This document shows, piece by piece, positions 45,421 through 55,136 of a stretch of DNA of 64,000 bases. The position numbers and the translations under genes are program-made. Origin of the DNA: Basidiobolus meristosporus CBS 931.73 (Eukaryota > Fungi > Basidiobolomycota); NCBI GenBank assembly GCA_002104905.1, contig MCFE01000359.1, forward strand, positions 23,470-87,469. The letters run 5' to 3'. The stretch's first letter is position 1. The number at the start of each line of letters is the position of its first letter. The notes beneath the pieces are model-generated. The model saw only the letters and a list, made by a program, of their open reading frames with translations, made no database searches and was not told the origin of the DNA.

Positions 45421-46827
45421 ACCAATTCGCATGCCTTCTTTATAGAGAGAAGAAACATGGAATAAAAGTCAACATCTTTGGCATAGGATTTCACTGACCA
45501 ACGTCTTATACGTTCTCACGCAGCTTCTGAATTCTTCCCACAACTTCATGACCGGGGATCACTAGATAATTGATTCCAGGCATTGCGTTATATTGAAGAA
45601 CACAATCTTCATAGAGATTACTGTGAATAATATGACTTACTAGGTGTAGTGTTGTGGGACTATAAATTCGACATCCGTAGCTGTCTTGTCGAGCCGAGTT
45701 GCAGGAAATTCATCGAGATAGGCTGCCTAATTTGTAATCCTCGCAAACAACTCAGATTCCTGATTTGATCGATCAAAGTAACCCAGGAAGCCACATCGCC
45801 GCAAGGTAGAAAATGCTAATGGAGTGGGTCTGTCATCTAATACTATTGCGAGTCCAGCCCAACTACATCTATTATTATCGAGATTCAGACCCGGAGGACA
45901 GATACCCGTTATCGTTAACGTATTAGTAAATTATATACTAACAGAAGCTTTCAGATTCAAATCGCATATTGGTTCATGCATTGTAGTATACATAGTGCTG
46001 TTGGTGCGGATTCTGCTACCAGATATGAATACTTCACGTAAGTGTTCTTCTACTCTGCTATTGAACAATTCCAAAGCTCTAAGCTGAATCGTGACCTTGG
46101 TTTCGCTAGTACACTCGAGTATTATTTTGCTTTTGATATTTGCAGAAGTGCTTTGCTATGGAGTGTAGAGAGGTATAAACCCTGACTTGCCATACTTTCT
46201 AGTACCAACGGAATTTTCTTAGTTCTCAGTCAAGGTAGAGATTCAATTTCAATCCAATCCGAAGTTCCCATAACCATGATAGAGTTGATCAAGTTCCTAA
46301 TGTAGTGCCAGCATATATTCGGAGTATAATGCTGATTATTTTGTGAGGTCAGTTCTCTCCCATTATGGCAACTCCAATTACTTCTCAAATAGATCTTGCC
46401 GCTTTGAACTCAAGTCGAGGCGGAGGCCATACTATTGGTGCTCGGAGAAGCTGATATAGAGATCTGAGAAGAGCTTGGCGGAAAATTTGAAATCGTGCAC
46501 TGAAAGTCCGAGGCAGTCAATGCTTGGAACGTAATGCAGGAATACAGTAGCAAGTGTAGCACCAGGATGTGCCAGTTGTGTTCATAGTATAGATTTGCAT
46601 GTATGATAGATACTTCAATATCGTCGAACCACGTTCTAATTTATTTATAGAGCTTGATTTCACATGTAAAATATCCTTACAAGAATGAATGTAGCCGCGT
46701 TAGCCGCCAGCCCTCTATCTATATACCCCGAATATCGCGTAATGTACGCCATATCTTGAGTTTATAAGCAGGCCACTTTTACTCCCTTACAACATCAAGC
46801 TTATTTCTTTACTCAACAAACCCGATA

Positions 46828-47694
46828 ATGCATCTTATCTTTGCTGCAGCCACCCTCTTCATCTCTGCCACTACCGCTCACGCCTTTGACAAAATTATCG
46901 CCTATGCCGATAGCTACACTGACAACGGAAATGACTTCAGAGGAAGCAAATTTCCCCCAACTCCCTACTATGAAGGACGCTTTTCCAATGGTCGCACCTG
47001 GCTTGAAGAAGTGGCAATCCAATTGAAGGATGTACCAATCGTAAATAATGGCCACGGTGGAGCCACTACAAACAACAACCAAGTCAAATCGGTATTCAAC
47101 GGTTGGACTGTTCCTAGTCTGCTTGATCAGATTGACACGATTCCTGTGAATGGAACAGAAAAGGACCTGTACATCATCTACATTGGATACAACGACCTTA
47201 ACGGGATCTTGAACCCCAATCAATATACAGTTGTCAGGAACTACACCTACAAGAATGTCGCCGATAACGTTGTGAACGGCATTGAGAAAATTAAGGAGAA
47301 ATACAATGGCAAGGAGTTCCTTCTAATGCCTGTTCCTCCTTTTGACAGGTTCCCGGTAATCAAAGATTCAGATAAGCCTAGAGCCAAGAAGCTAATTAAT
47401 CGCTACAACCAGTTGATGATCGAAAAAGTGAAGGCTATTGGCGATATAAACGTCAATATTATGGATGACCATGCATGGTTTGAAACTGCACTCGATCATC
47501 CTGAGCTCTTTGGACTTCGTACGGATAATGGCCCCTGTATTCCTGGAATCGGTAATACTAATGAGTGCAGTGACTCTGATGCGCACTTCTATTGGGATAG
47601 CTACCATCCAAGTGCCAAGGTCCACAGAAACCTCGGCTACTGGGCCACTGAGCAGTTGAAATCCCTCTATCCTGACGAATTCAATGCTTACTGA
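46828..47694 (+). CDS. Secreted GDSL/SGNH lipase/esterase
   Basis: Signal peptide; blocks YADSYTDNGN, GRFSNG, GGAT, IGYND and WDSYHPS. Confidence 0.88.
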   Translation: MHLIFAAATLFISATTAHAFDKIIAYADSYTDNGNDFRGSKFPPTPYYEGRFSNGRTWLEEVAIQLKDVPIVNNGHGGATTNNNQVKSVFNGWTVPSLLDQIDTIPVNGTEKDLYIIYIGYNDLNGILNPNQYTVVRNYTYKNVADNVVNGIEKIKEKYNGKEFLLMPVPPFDRFPVIKDSDKPRAKKLINRYNQLMIEKVKAIGDINVNIMDDHAWFETALDHPELFGLRTDNGPCIPGIGNTNECSDSDAHFYWDSYHPSAKVHRNLGYWATEQLKSLYPDEFNAY

Positions 47695-48019
47695 GATTGT
47701 CCGCAATAAATATTGATTATTTCACTATTCACAGTTTTCCTGATTTTCCTATCCATCATTATCATGAGCTGGAAGAAGTAGGCCAGGGTTAGTGATCTTC
47801 TTGGAGTACTGAATCAAAGCACCGGAGTATATGTGGTTGTCGGGACATTGTGTGAGTTTGTTATAGGATGATGCAATACGAGCTTGCAGTTGATGCCATG
47901 AACTGTTGTGTTGCCAGTCCAATAAGTCAAATCTGATCTATCCACTTCGCAAAACTAGTAACTGATACAAGTCTAGACTCAAAAGCTGAGAATAGGACTA
48001 AGAGTTATGGGAGTATGGT

Positions 48020-48547
48020 TTTGGCGCCAATCCGATTGGAAGTAAATGCCTTAGGGTTGGTAGTGAGACCAGAGGGACCTGGGTCGCTGTAGCTGCTGAC
48101 AGTGTGAGCATCAAGTCTGGATTGGAAGGCCTTCTTGTGATGAAGACCACCGGCTCCCATTTCACCAATTTCCATCTTTGCGAGAACACCACCCTTCAGG
48201 ATGCTGATGACCGTATCTTCTTCTCCACGGCCAAAGCCCACTACAACATCGATACCTCAGTTAGTGTCGAGAATATTTCACATTCGACCGTATCTTTGAA
48301 GGAGCTCGCAAGACCATCCTGGATGTGCTCACTCAGACCACCATGTACCGCATGACCAAGTTGATCATGAAGTGCTTTCCTGAAGTCCAAGATGTTCTAT
48401 GCACTCCCCAACAGCCACCACTTCACCACCAACCTTGCACCCTCCAACCTTCCCAATGCTGGCCAGGAGACGACGATTTTCTTACCAGTGATTGACTTCT
48501 CCGGATACATTACTGCCACCATTGATCGTCGCGGCAACAAATTTTAA
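48020..48547 (+). pseudogene. Uricase (urate oxidase) pseudogene, C-terminal half
   Basis: SGLEGLLVMKTTGSHF..TTLQDADDRIF.ST, then frameshifted FDRIFEGARKTILDV...QTTMYRM...FPEVQDV and YALPNSHHF...IFLPV..SGYITATIDRRGNKF*. At least two frameshifts. Confidence 0.75.
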
Positions 48548-48860
48548 TCTACAATCGCATGCAAAATTTCTGAATAAATTCAACACCAACTTCCATTGAT
48601 ACAACTGGGTACTTTTCGACCTTCCGGAACAATTGATCTTCAAAAGCTATGGCATGCTCATTTATTTACTCATATCTTTCCACAACGTTGTTAGCTATCT
48701 GGTGGTTAGTCTCATGGAGTTAAAAGCCTTTCCTCGCAGTAATCTATGATCCAGGCGAAAGGCATTCCTTCGTCGTCAGCGCCAGAAGGATGGTGTAGGG
48801 GGGGGGAGACAGTCACCAACAGGTGAAATCTTTATTTCAGTTGAAACAAAGAAGCCAGCG

Positions 48861-51627
48861 CTACTGTTGTAGCTTTGATACAAGAGTGTGTAGCTGAGGG
48901 GAATTTGTAGGTAAGTTAATAAGAAGTGATGATAGTTCTTTGGTGCTCAAGACACTGTTCAGTGGGAAGGGGGGTAGCAAGAGAGGTAAGAATGACTTGT
49001 GAACAACATTAATGAGGGGAATGTGATAAGGATTGATATTCATCATAAAGGGAGTGTGCTGCTGCAGATATTGCTGCCAAAGGTGTGTCAAGTACTTCAG
49101 GTAGGCCAGCTTGGGTTTTTCTGATTGCAGAATATAATGAGCAAACTTCTTGACTTCAGGATCTCCAAGTATAGTTCTCCAGCAGGAGCCAGGTGTAGTG
49201 TGGTGTGTTCTCTTCCATGCCTTGATCAGTGGGTTGTTGCAGTGGTGAAGTCTGAGATATAATCTGGTTCTAAGGTTGAGAAGTCTGATCTTATAGGGCA
49301 TAAACCCAAAAGCACCAAGAATAGCATGTCTGTAGGGGCATTCAGGCAGATGAGGCACCAAGGAGGTAATGCACCATACTGCAAACTTGTCAAGTTTAGT
49401 GCAGTCTCTAGAAGTAAGAGAAAGAAGTGGTAAGCCAAATTCCAGGACAGGAAAGACAAACTGCTTGAGTAGAAGGAGGCAGCTGGGAGCTGAAGTTGCA
49501 GGAGGAGTAACAGCCAGTAGCTTGTGGAGTGCCTGTCTTGCCAGGATAATTCTCTTCTTCAGGTGTGCTCCAGAGTCTAGTCCAGTAGGAAGGAAAGGAA
49601 AGCCAAGATATGTAGCAGAAACCTGAGCAGGCAGAGTGGAGTTCTCCAAGTTGATGGGACAGCCCAAAGGTACTGTCTTTGCAATGGAAAGCTGGAGATT
49701 ATTCTTCTGCAGATACTGGTGGATGGTTGGGAGTCTTGTTGCACATTGGAGGAAGATATTCTGATGTCATCAGCAAAGAGAGTAACCAGGTAGTCAGCTG
49801 AGAGTCTTGGGAAATCATTCAAGAAGATGGCAGACAGTATAGGACCAAGCACAGAGCCTTGAACCACTCCATTAGGAACTGAGAACACAGCTGATTGCTC
49901 ACTTGGGTGCAGAATTCTTGCTTGTGGATCCAGAAACAGAGACCTGACAAGGAGGGTGAGAGAGGTACTGGTGAAGCATTGCAACTTGGACCAAAGCAGA
50001 TTTCTGTCAACTGAATCAAAGGCCTTAGTAATATCAAACAGAACAGAGGGATACTTGCACTGGAGAGAGTGATCTTGGCTAAGTATGACTGCATATTCCA
50101 AGGAGAGGCCAGGAACAAATCCAAATTGTGCAGGGTGAAACTTGAGGGAGTCAGAGTAGAGCTCCTGAGCAAGCAGAAGCTCAAACACCTTTCTGCAGGT
50201 GGGCAGCAGAGATATTGGCCTGTATGAGCTAGGATCCAGGTGCTTTCCTTTACCCTTGTATAGTGGCAGAACATTGGCAAAGGACCATTCCTCAGGAGTA
50301 GAAAGCTGGGCTGAGCATTGCTGAAACAGTGGAAGCAGAAGTGCAGACATGGCCTTGGTATTAGTCTTCAGAAGCTCATAGGAGATTGTGTCCACACCTG
50401 GGGCAGTAGAGTTTGGAAGCATCTTGAGCACATTATGGATTCTCTCTTGATCAAGTGCAACTGGGATGGGCAGAGTCTTGAAGTCAGGATGAAAGCCAGG
50501 AGTTGAGTACTGCTTTGTAGAGAAGAAGATATTAGCCAGCTGTTCTGTTGAAGGTAACTTCCTGGAAGAGGGCCTCATTGCCCTGTAGAGTCTTGACACT
50601 GTTCTTGTTATAGAGTTGGAAGATTGCAGAGGCAAAGAACTCATAATATGGTCCCAGAGCTGAGTATGCAGAGTGTGGTGAATTGCCTTGGAGTGGTGTA
50701 TGGCTGTCAGGAGGAGTTTCTCTGTTTTTGGGTTAGGGAAACTCAGGTAGCTTTGTTGCAGGGCTGAAACAATAGATTCCCATTTTCTTGAGGTAACAGC
50801 AGTAGTCTTGCATGGCAGTGAGAGGGAGGCAGAGACCAGAATCAGATGCTTCACAAAGAGCCAGGCATAGTTGAGATCATCTGGCAGAGAAAGTTGCAAG
50901 CTGGCAAGCTTCAAGTAATCCCAAAGTCTTTCTTCTGATTCTTGGTAGCTTTGTGGGTGAGCACAGTAAGTTTTGGCAGCTTCTTCTTCACAACTGGTTG
51001 CATAGAAAGGGACCAGGCTGGGTGATCAGAGGCTCTAAAGGATCCTAGCTCAGCTCCAGAGAATTGCTTGACTTCATTCACAAAGTAGAGGGCAGCAGCA
51101 GAAGGGCAGATCCAGTCAACACATCTTTTCTCAGATTGAGCACCTAGTGCTAGCAGATGGCTTTCTCTCAGGAAGTTCAGTAGGAATGTAGACCTTGGCT
51201 TCATTCTTGCAGTCAGAGTAGTCTTGTTCTCAGGATGGGGAATGTTGAGATCTCCAAGCAAGATGACAGGTGCTGATATAGATTGCTGGTATTGCTGAAC
51301 TTTCTGGCAAACAACTTGCACTTCCTGAAGGGGGAGACTTGGAGGCAGATAGCAGAGCACCAGACTGATAGTTGGCAACTGGAGAGCAGCACAGTAAGGG
51401 GAGTAAAGAGGAACACAGAGCTGAGGAGTATTGATGGTAGAAGAGATGAAGCTGATAGAGGAGGTATTCTTTGTTATAGGAGTAGAAAAGCAATGAAGAT
51501 TAGTCAAAAGTGTAGAGGGTAGCTGGACATCAATCAAACACAGGAGGGAAAATCTTGAAAGAAGTCTCTCTAGAGTTGTTCTTGATGGCTGTATGCTGTT
51601 GCTGTTAAGTAACAGAACTTCAGGTAG
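48861..51627 (-). pseudogene. ORF2 of A1: APE endonuclease + reverse transcriptase, two frameshifts (~50911-51025 and ~49735)
   Basis: APE motifs LLNSNS, YLPP, GDLN, VDWI and SDH. RT motifs APGVD, YRPISLL, QFGF, DITKAFDSV, QGSVLGP, FADD and YLG. Confidence 0.9.
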
Positions 51628-52093
51628 TCAGGCAGAGGTTGTAGCTTCTTCAGAGGCAGCATTGACAATGTGACCTGCAGAGTCCCAGAGCTCTTCAAAT
51701 GGTGCATCACTTAAGTCAGCAAGGAGGGAAATGGCATGATTCTTGAGGAAGTATGCCACATCATAGGAGGGGGCTTGTCTCTTGATGGCAGCAAAGAAAG
51801 ACAGAATGGCAACATGGGCTGGAGGCTTGTTGAACAGTAGAGAGTCAGAGGATTCAGATTCTTCAGGCACTATCTTGAAGTCAGTTTTCAGCCAGTTAAG
51901 GTTCTTCTCCACAAAGGCTACAAATGGATCAGCAATGTTTTGGTCTAGGATAACCTCCAGAATCTTCCCTTTTCTCCAGGCCAGGTTGACAATTCTTGAG
52001 AGCTGAATATTGCATGCCTTAAGTGCTTTCCTGATGTTAGAAATGGGAGTCCAGGGAACTTGCTTCAAGTACACCACAGTCCAGGTAGAAGCT
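51628..52093 (-). CDS. ORF1 (gag-like, putative RNA-binding) of element A1; open up to the telomeric junction
   Basis: STWTVVYLKQVPWTPISNIRKALKACNIQLSRIVNLAWRKGKILEVILD aligns by eye with ORF 57912-58640. Confidence 0.75.
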
Positions 52094-52129
52094 GGGTTAG
52101 GGGGGAGACAGTCACCAACAGGTGAAATC
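52094..52129 (-). mobile_element. 36-bp stub consisting only of the type-A 3' terminus
   Basis: GGGTTAGGGGGGAGACAGTCACCAACAGGTGAAATC is identical to the A2/A3 ends and is immediately followed by TTAGGG. Confidence 0.85.
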
Positions 52130-52355
52130 TTAGGGTGTAGGTGTTATAGTAAGGGCTAGGAAAAGGTTAGAAGAGCAGGGGGTCTGGGGGACGCAGTCCC
52201 CTAGAGAATAAAAAAGCAGGGGGTTTGGGGGATGCAATCCCCCATACTGCTCCCATACTCTTTAAATTCCCTTTGATTCACTTTTCTTTCATTCTTGGTT
52301 CTGTTCCCTTAGGGTTACAATTCCTCCTCCTAACCCTTATCACCCTAACCATAAA
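52130..52355. repeat. Degenerate interstitial telomere-like and G-rich sequence
   Basis: ttagggtgtaggtgttatagtaagggctagg...ggttag; two copies of GCAGGGGGTYTGGGGGAYGCARTCCC; cttagggtta and cctaaccc/ccctaacc around 52306-52355. Confidence 0.55.
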
Positions 52356-52749
52356 TAATTTTACCCTACAATTGGCACATTGGCTGGTCATATAGTGGGC
52401 ATGTCTGAGCCAATATTTGTCTCCCTGCACATTCTGTATGCTCTGTTTAAGTCTTGATGATTATTTATTTAATAAATTGTTACTTTTAATGTATCTCTAA
52501 TAATTAATGGGAATCATCCCAATCTGGCCACAATCCCATATTTTGATAAGCTTCGGGCACCATAAATTGCGCGGCCCTAATATGATAAAAAAACTCATGG
52601 CCAATGCAAATTTTCTGTAACCCGATTGCTTTTACCAAATACAAAGTGTATCCCAAAGTTCAATATATATTATGGCTATAATAGAAACTTTATTTGACAC
52701 CATTGCAACTACTACTTGTGTTCCATGCACACATGTATCCTGCGAGAAT

Positions 52750-53090
52750 TGTAAAAACTTAGCCACGCAGTACAAAAGTGCTTTTATTTTTCATCATGAT
52801 AGTTTTACATGAGTTCCTAACGCACTTTCATAGTGCACGGTAACCATACCCCAACAGGTTTTAAGGATACCCACTTGCTATGTTTGCTTGTGTCTAGCGG
52901 GAGTCATCAATCATCAGCCACGTGGTAATAAAATGCTTTTATTTTTCATCACAATAGTTTTACATGAGTTCTAACGCACTTTTATAGTGCACGGTAACCA
53001 TACCCCCAAAAAGTAGTGTGGATGCTTACTTTAAACGCTTGCTTGTGTATTGTAGGGACTATCAACAAACAGCCACATAGGAATAAAACA
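52750..53090 (+). repeat. Diverged tandem repeat, ~155-bp period, ~2.3 copies
   Basis: tgcttttatttttcatca...agttttacatgagtt...ctaacgcacttt.atagtgcacggtaaccatacccc occurs at ~52779 and ~52935. The agccac...aaaa motif recurs three times. Confidence 0.8.
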
Positions 53091-53465
53091 TCCTAGAAAA
53101 GCATTGCTTTGTTGTTAGCAAGTATTGATGCGCAAATAGTGGTACTAAGTGAATTATTGAGTAACTATATACTCAAGTTGGTTCCAAGATATTCCTAGAC
53201 AATATGCTCAAAATCAATATTAGCATCAATAGCTTGCTCTTTGATCACTAAACCACCGCACCCAATATGCGGTGGCCTTGGTTTTGTCTAGCCGTTGAGG
53301 AATGAAACCAGAGTACAGTCACAAGAGAGGCAAAAGTGAAATGTGATGAAGTAAGTGTATATGAAAGTAATATAAATCTACAGGACAGAACAAAACAACT
53401 AGTAGTCAAACAGCACTCACAGACACTCCACGGAGTAGAGCACCAACACGGACAATAAACAAGCC

Positions 53466-53927
53466 ATGAGGGGAAAGGTTAAGGACCGCTACTTGGGGAT
53501 CAAGACCAAAAGAGGAAGCTGCCTCTACCAGAGCAGTCCTCGCACTCCAAAGGAAGACCAAGAGTCTACTATAGACAAAGATTGCGGCAAGAAAAGCAGT
53601 ACAATTACCAGTTCTGGTAGTGGTACCTTTGGAAGTCCTGAATACCTGGAGAAAAGTCGGAAAAAATTGGCAGATGACTCAGTTGTCCTGAGGAGAAAAC
53701 GAACCAATGCGATTGAGCAGTTCCAAAACAAACTTCAGCTTAGTTCTTCTTTGCCTCATTATAAAGTACTCCAAGTGGCTTATTTGGATTATAAGCGTAT
53801 GAAGGAGAGTCAGGCAGAGACTGATAAATTAAGTGATAGTCAATTGCATCACTTCTTAGATCTGGTAGAGAAACAGTTGCACAGCCAAGAGACGGAACAA
53901 CAATTGATGATTACAGAAACCAAATAA
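53466..53927 (+). CDS. Hypothetical protein (153 aa)
   Basis: ATG-started ORF only, no recognisable motif. Confidence 0.35.
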   Translation: MRGKVKDRYLGIKTKRGSCLYQSSPRTPKEDQESTIDKDCGKKSSTITSSGSGTFGSPEYLEKSRKKLADDSVVLRRKRTNAIEQFQNKLQLSSSLPHYKVLQVAYLDYKRMKESQAETDKLSDSQLHHFLDLVEKQLHSQETEQQLMITETK

Positions 53928-54084
53928 TTTTGCCAATGTAGTTTTGCATTTTAATAAAATAAAAGGGTTTTAATAAGAACAGAATAAAGTTAACTTATGT
54001 GTACATCAAATGATTCAATTACTGGCTAGATGGATGTTACGTAGGAGCAAGAAGCTCAGTAACCTCAAAGTAAAGATATGATGA

Positions 54085-54945
54085 ATGGGCCACCGACATC
54101 ATCCAAGAATGAGTATAAAAGTGGAGAAAGTGGACATAATCCTTCATAAAACAAGAAGCATGGAAGCAGGCAGTAGCCGGGTAGATGCTAGGAGTGAAGG
54201 TAGAGAACAAAGAGAGCAAGGAAGGGGACAAGGATGTGGAAGAGGACGCGGAACCGGGCGCGGAAGAGGAAGAGGGCAAGGAGGTGGCCAGATCCAAGAG
54301 GAGCGTGAAGGAGGTGTTGCAGCAAACGTGAATGATGCTGAGCAAGTTGCTGTAGTCACTACCAGGCGGCCGGTCAACCAAGTTTCCCAAGCATTGTCAG
54401 AGGTTTGACAAGAGCTTCCGGAATATAGGACAACATCGCACCATGAGATATTGCGTTGTATGTGCCAGGAGATTAAACAGAGGAGGGGTAATGTTGTAAA
54501 GCTAAATTGGGATATTGCTGGACTTCAAGCCCAGATTGATTTCAGTTTCCACCATTCTACTGAGGCATTAGTGGCACAAATGGTGGAAAAGTTTGCCCGC
54601 ATCAGGGCAAGCAATGAGCAGGGTGCATCTTCAGACCCAGGTGTACTTGCAAGCAACATTATTGGAGGGGATACTACTTCCTCCCTTGAACCTACCACAA
54701 GCCAAGAGACAAGAGCAGAATCCTCCACAACAATGAGAATGGCCCCCACGCAGGTTGATATGGAAGTGTGCAAAGAAGACGTGGAGAAGCAGAGTGGGGA
54801 TACTATAGGCCAACCAGATACTGTAATGGAGGCGGAGAGACCAAGTCATATTGTCATCTTAAAAATACCACAGGTTGATTCATCGCTATCACTTCCCCCA
54901 TCATCACTATCTGTGCCCTCATCACCACCGCCATCCTCTGGCTAA
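54085..54945 (+). pseudogene. Hypothetical RG-rich protein interrupted by one in-frame TGA (54406-54408)
   Basis: ORFs 54085-54408 and 54451-54945 are in the same frame with only one stop between them. Contains a GRGRGTGRGRGRG tract. Confidence 0.45.
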
Positions 54946-55136
54946 CTTGAGTAAATAAAGAATATCCACCATCCCAAATCAATGAATTGACAAGTAATAA
55001 GTTAAACTGATAAGATTGACGATTTACAGACTAATATATGTAAAGTATGTAGTACTTAAGAGCTTTCAAGTTGTGGTGTATTATCAAGTATTCACCGTCA
55101 CATAAATCACACAGCAGTTGTTGTATCCCTATCCCA

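Larger units (their letters stand above)
48798..52093 (-). mobile_element. Telomeric non-LTR retrotransposon type A, copy A1 (longest; 5'-truncated within ORF1)
   Basis: ORF1 remnant, APE endonuclease and RT, followed by a ~60-nt 3' UTR ending at a G-run on + strand. Cut at 52093 by GGGTTAG. Confidence 0.92.

Noticed and set aside
46300-46620. Possible F-box/LRR relic on the minus strand (ILKYLSYMQIY...W)
   Set aside because: Similarity too weak to support without a profile search.
48051-48058. Isolated TTAGGGTT in the uricase relic
   Set aside because: Single occurrence within a coding-derived frame, expected by chance.
48798-48850. Hammerhead ribozyme in the shared 3' signature (as in Penelope-like elements)
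   Set aside because: GAAA and hairpins are present, but there is no CUGANGA core in the right arrangement on either strand.
50911-51025. Programmed -1 frameshift between APE and RT
   Set aside because: Both frames overlap here but no clear slippery heptamer was seen. Only one copy covers the site, so a private mutation or assembly indel is more parsimonious.
48798-52093. Classification as an Athena/Coprina Penelope-like element or an LTR element
   Set aside because: An N-terminal APE domain and LINE-type RT motifs (YRPISLL, KAFDSV, QGSVLGP) are present. No LTRs, protease or integrase.
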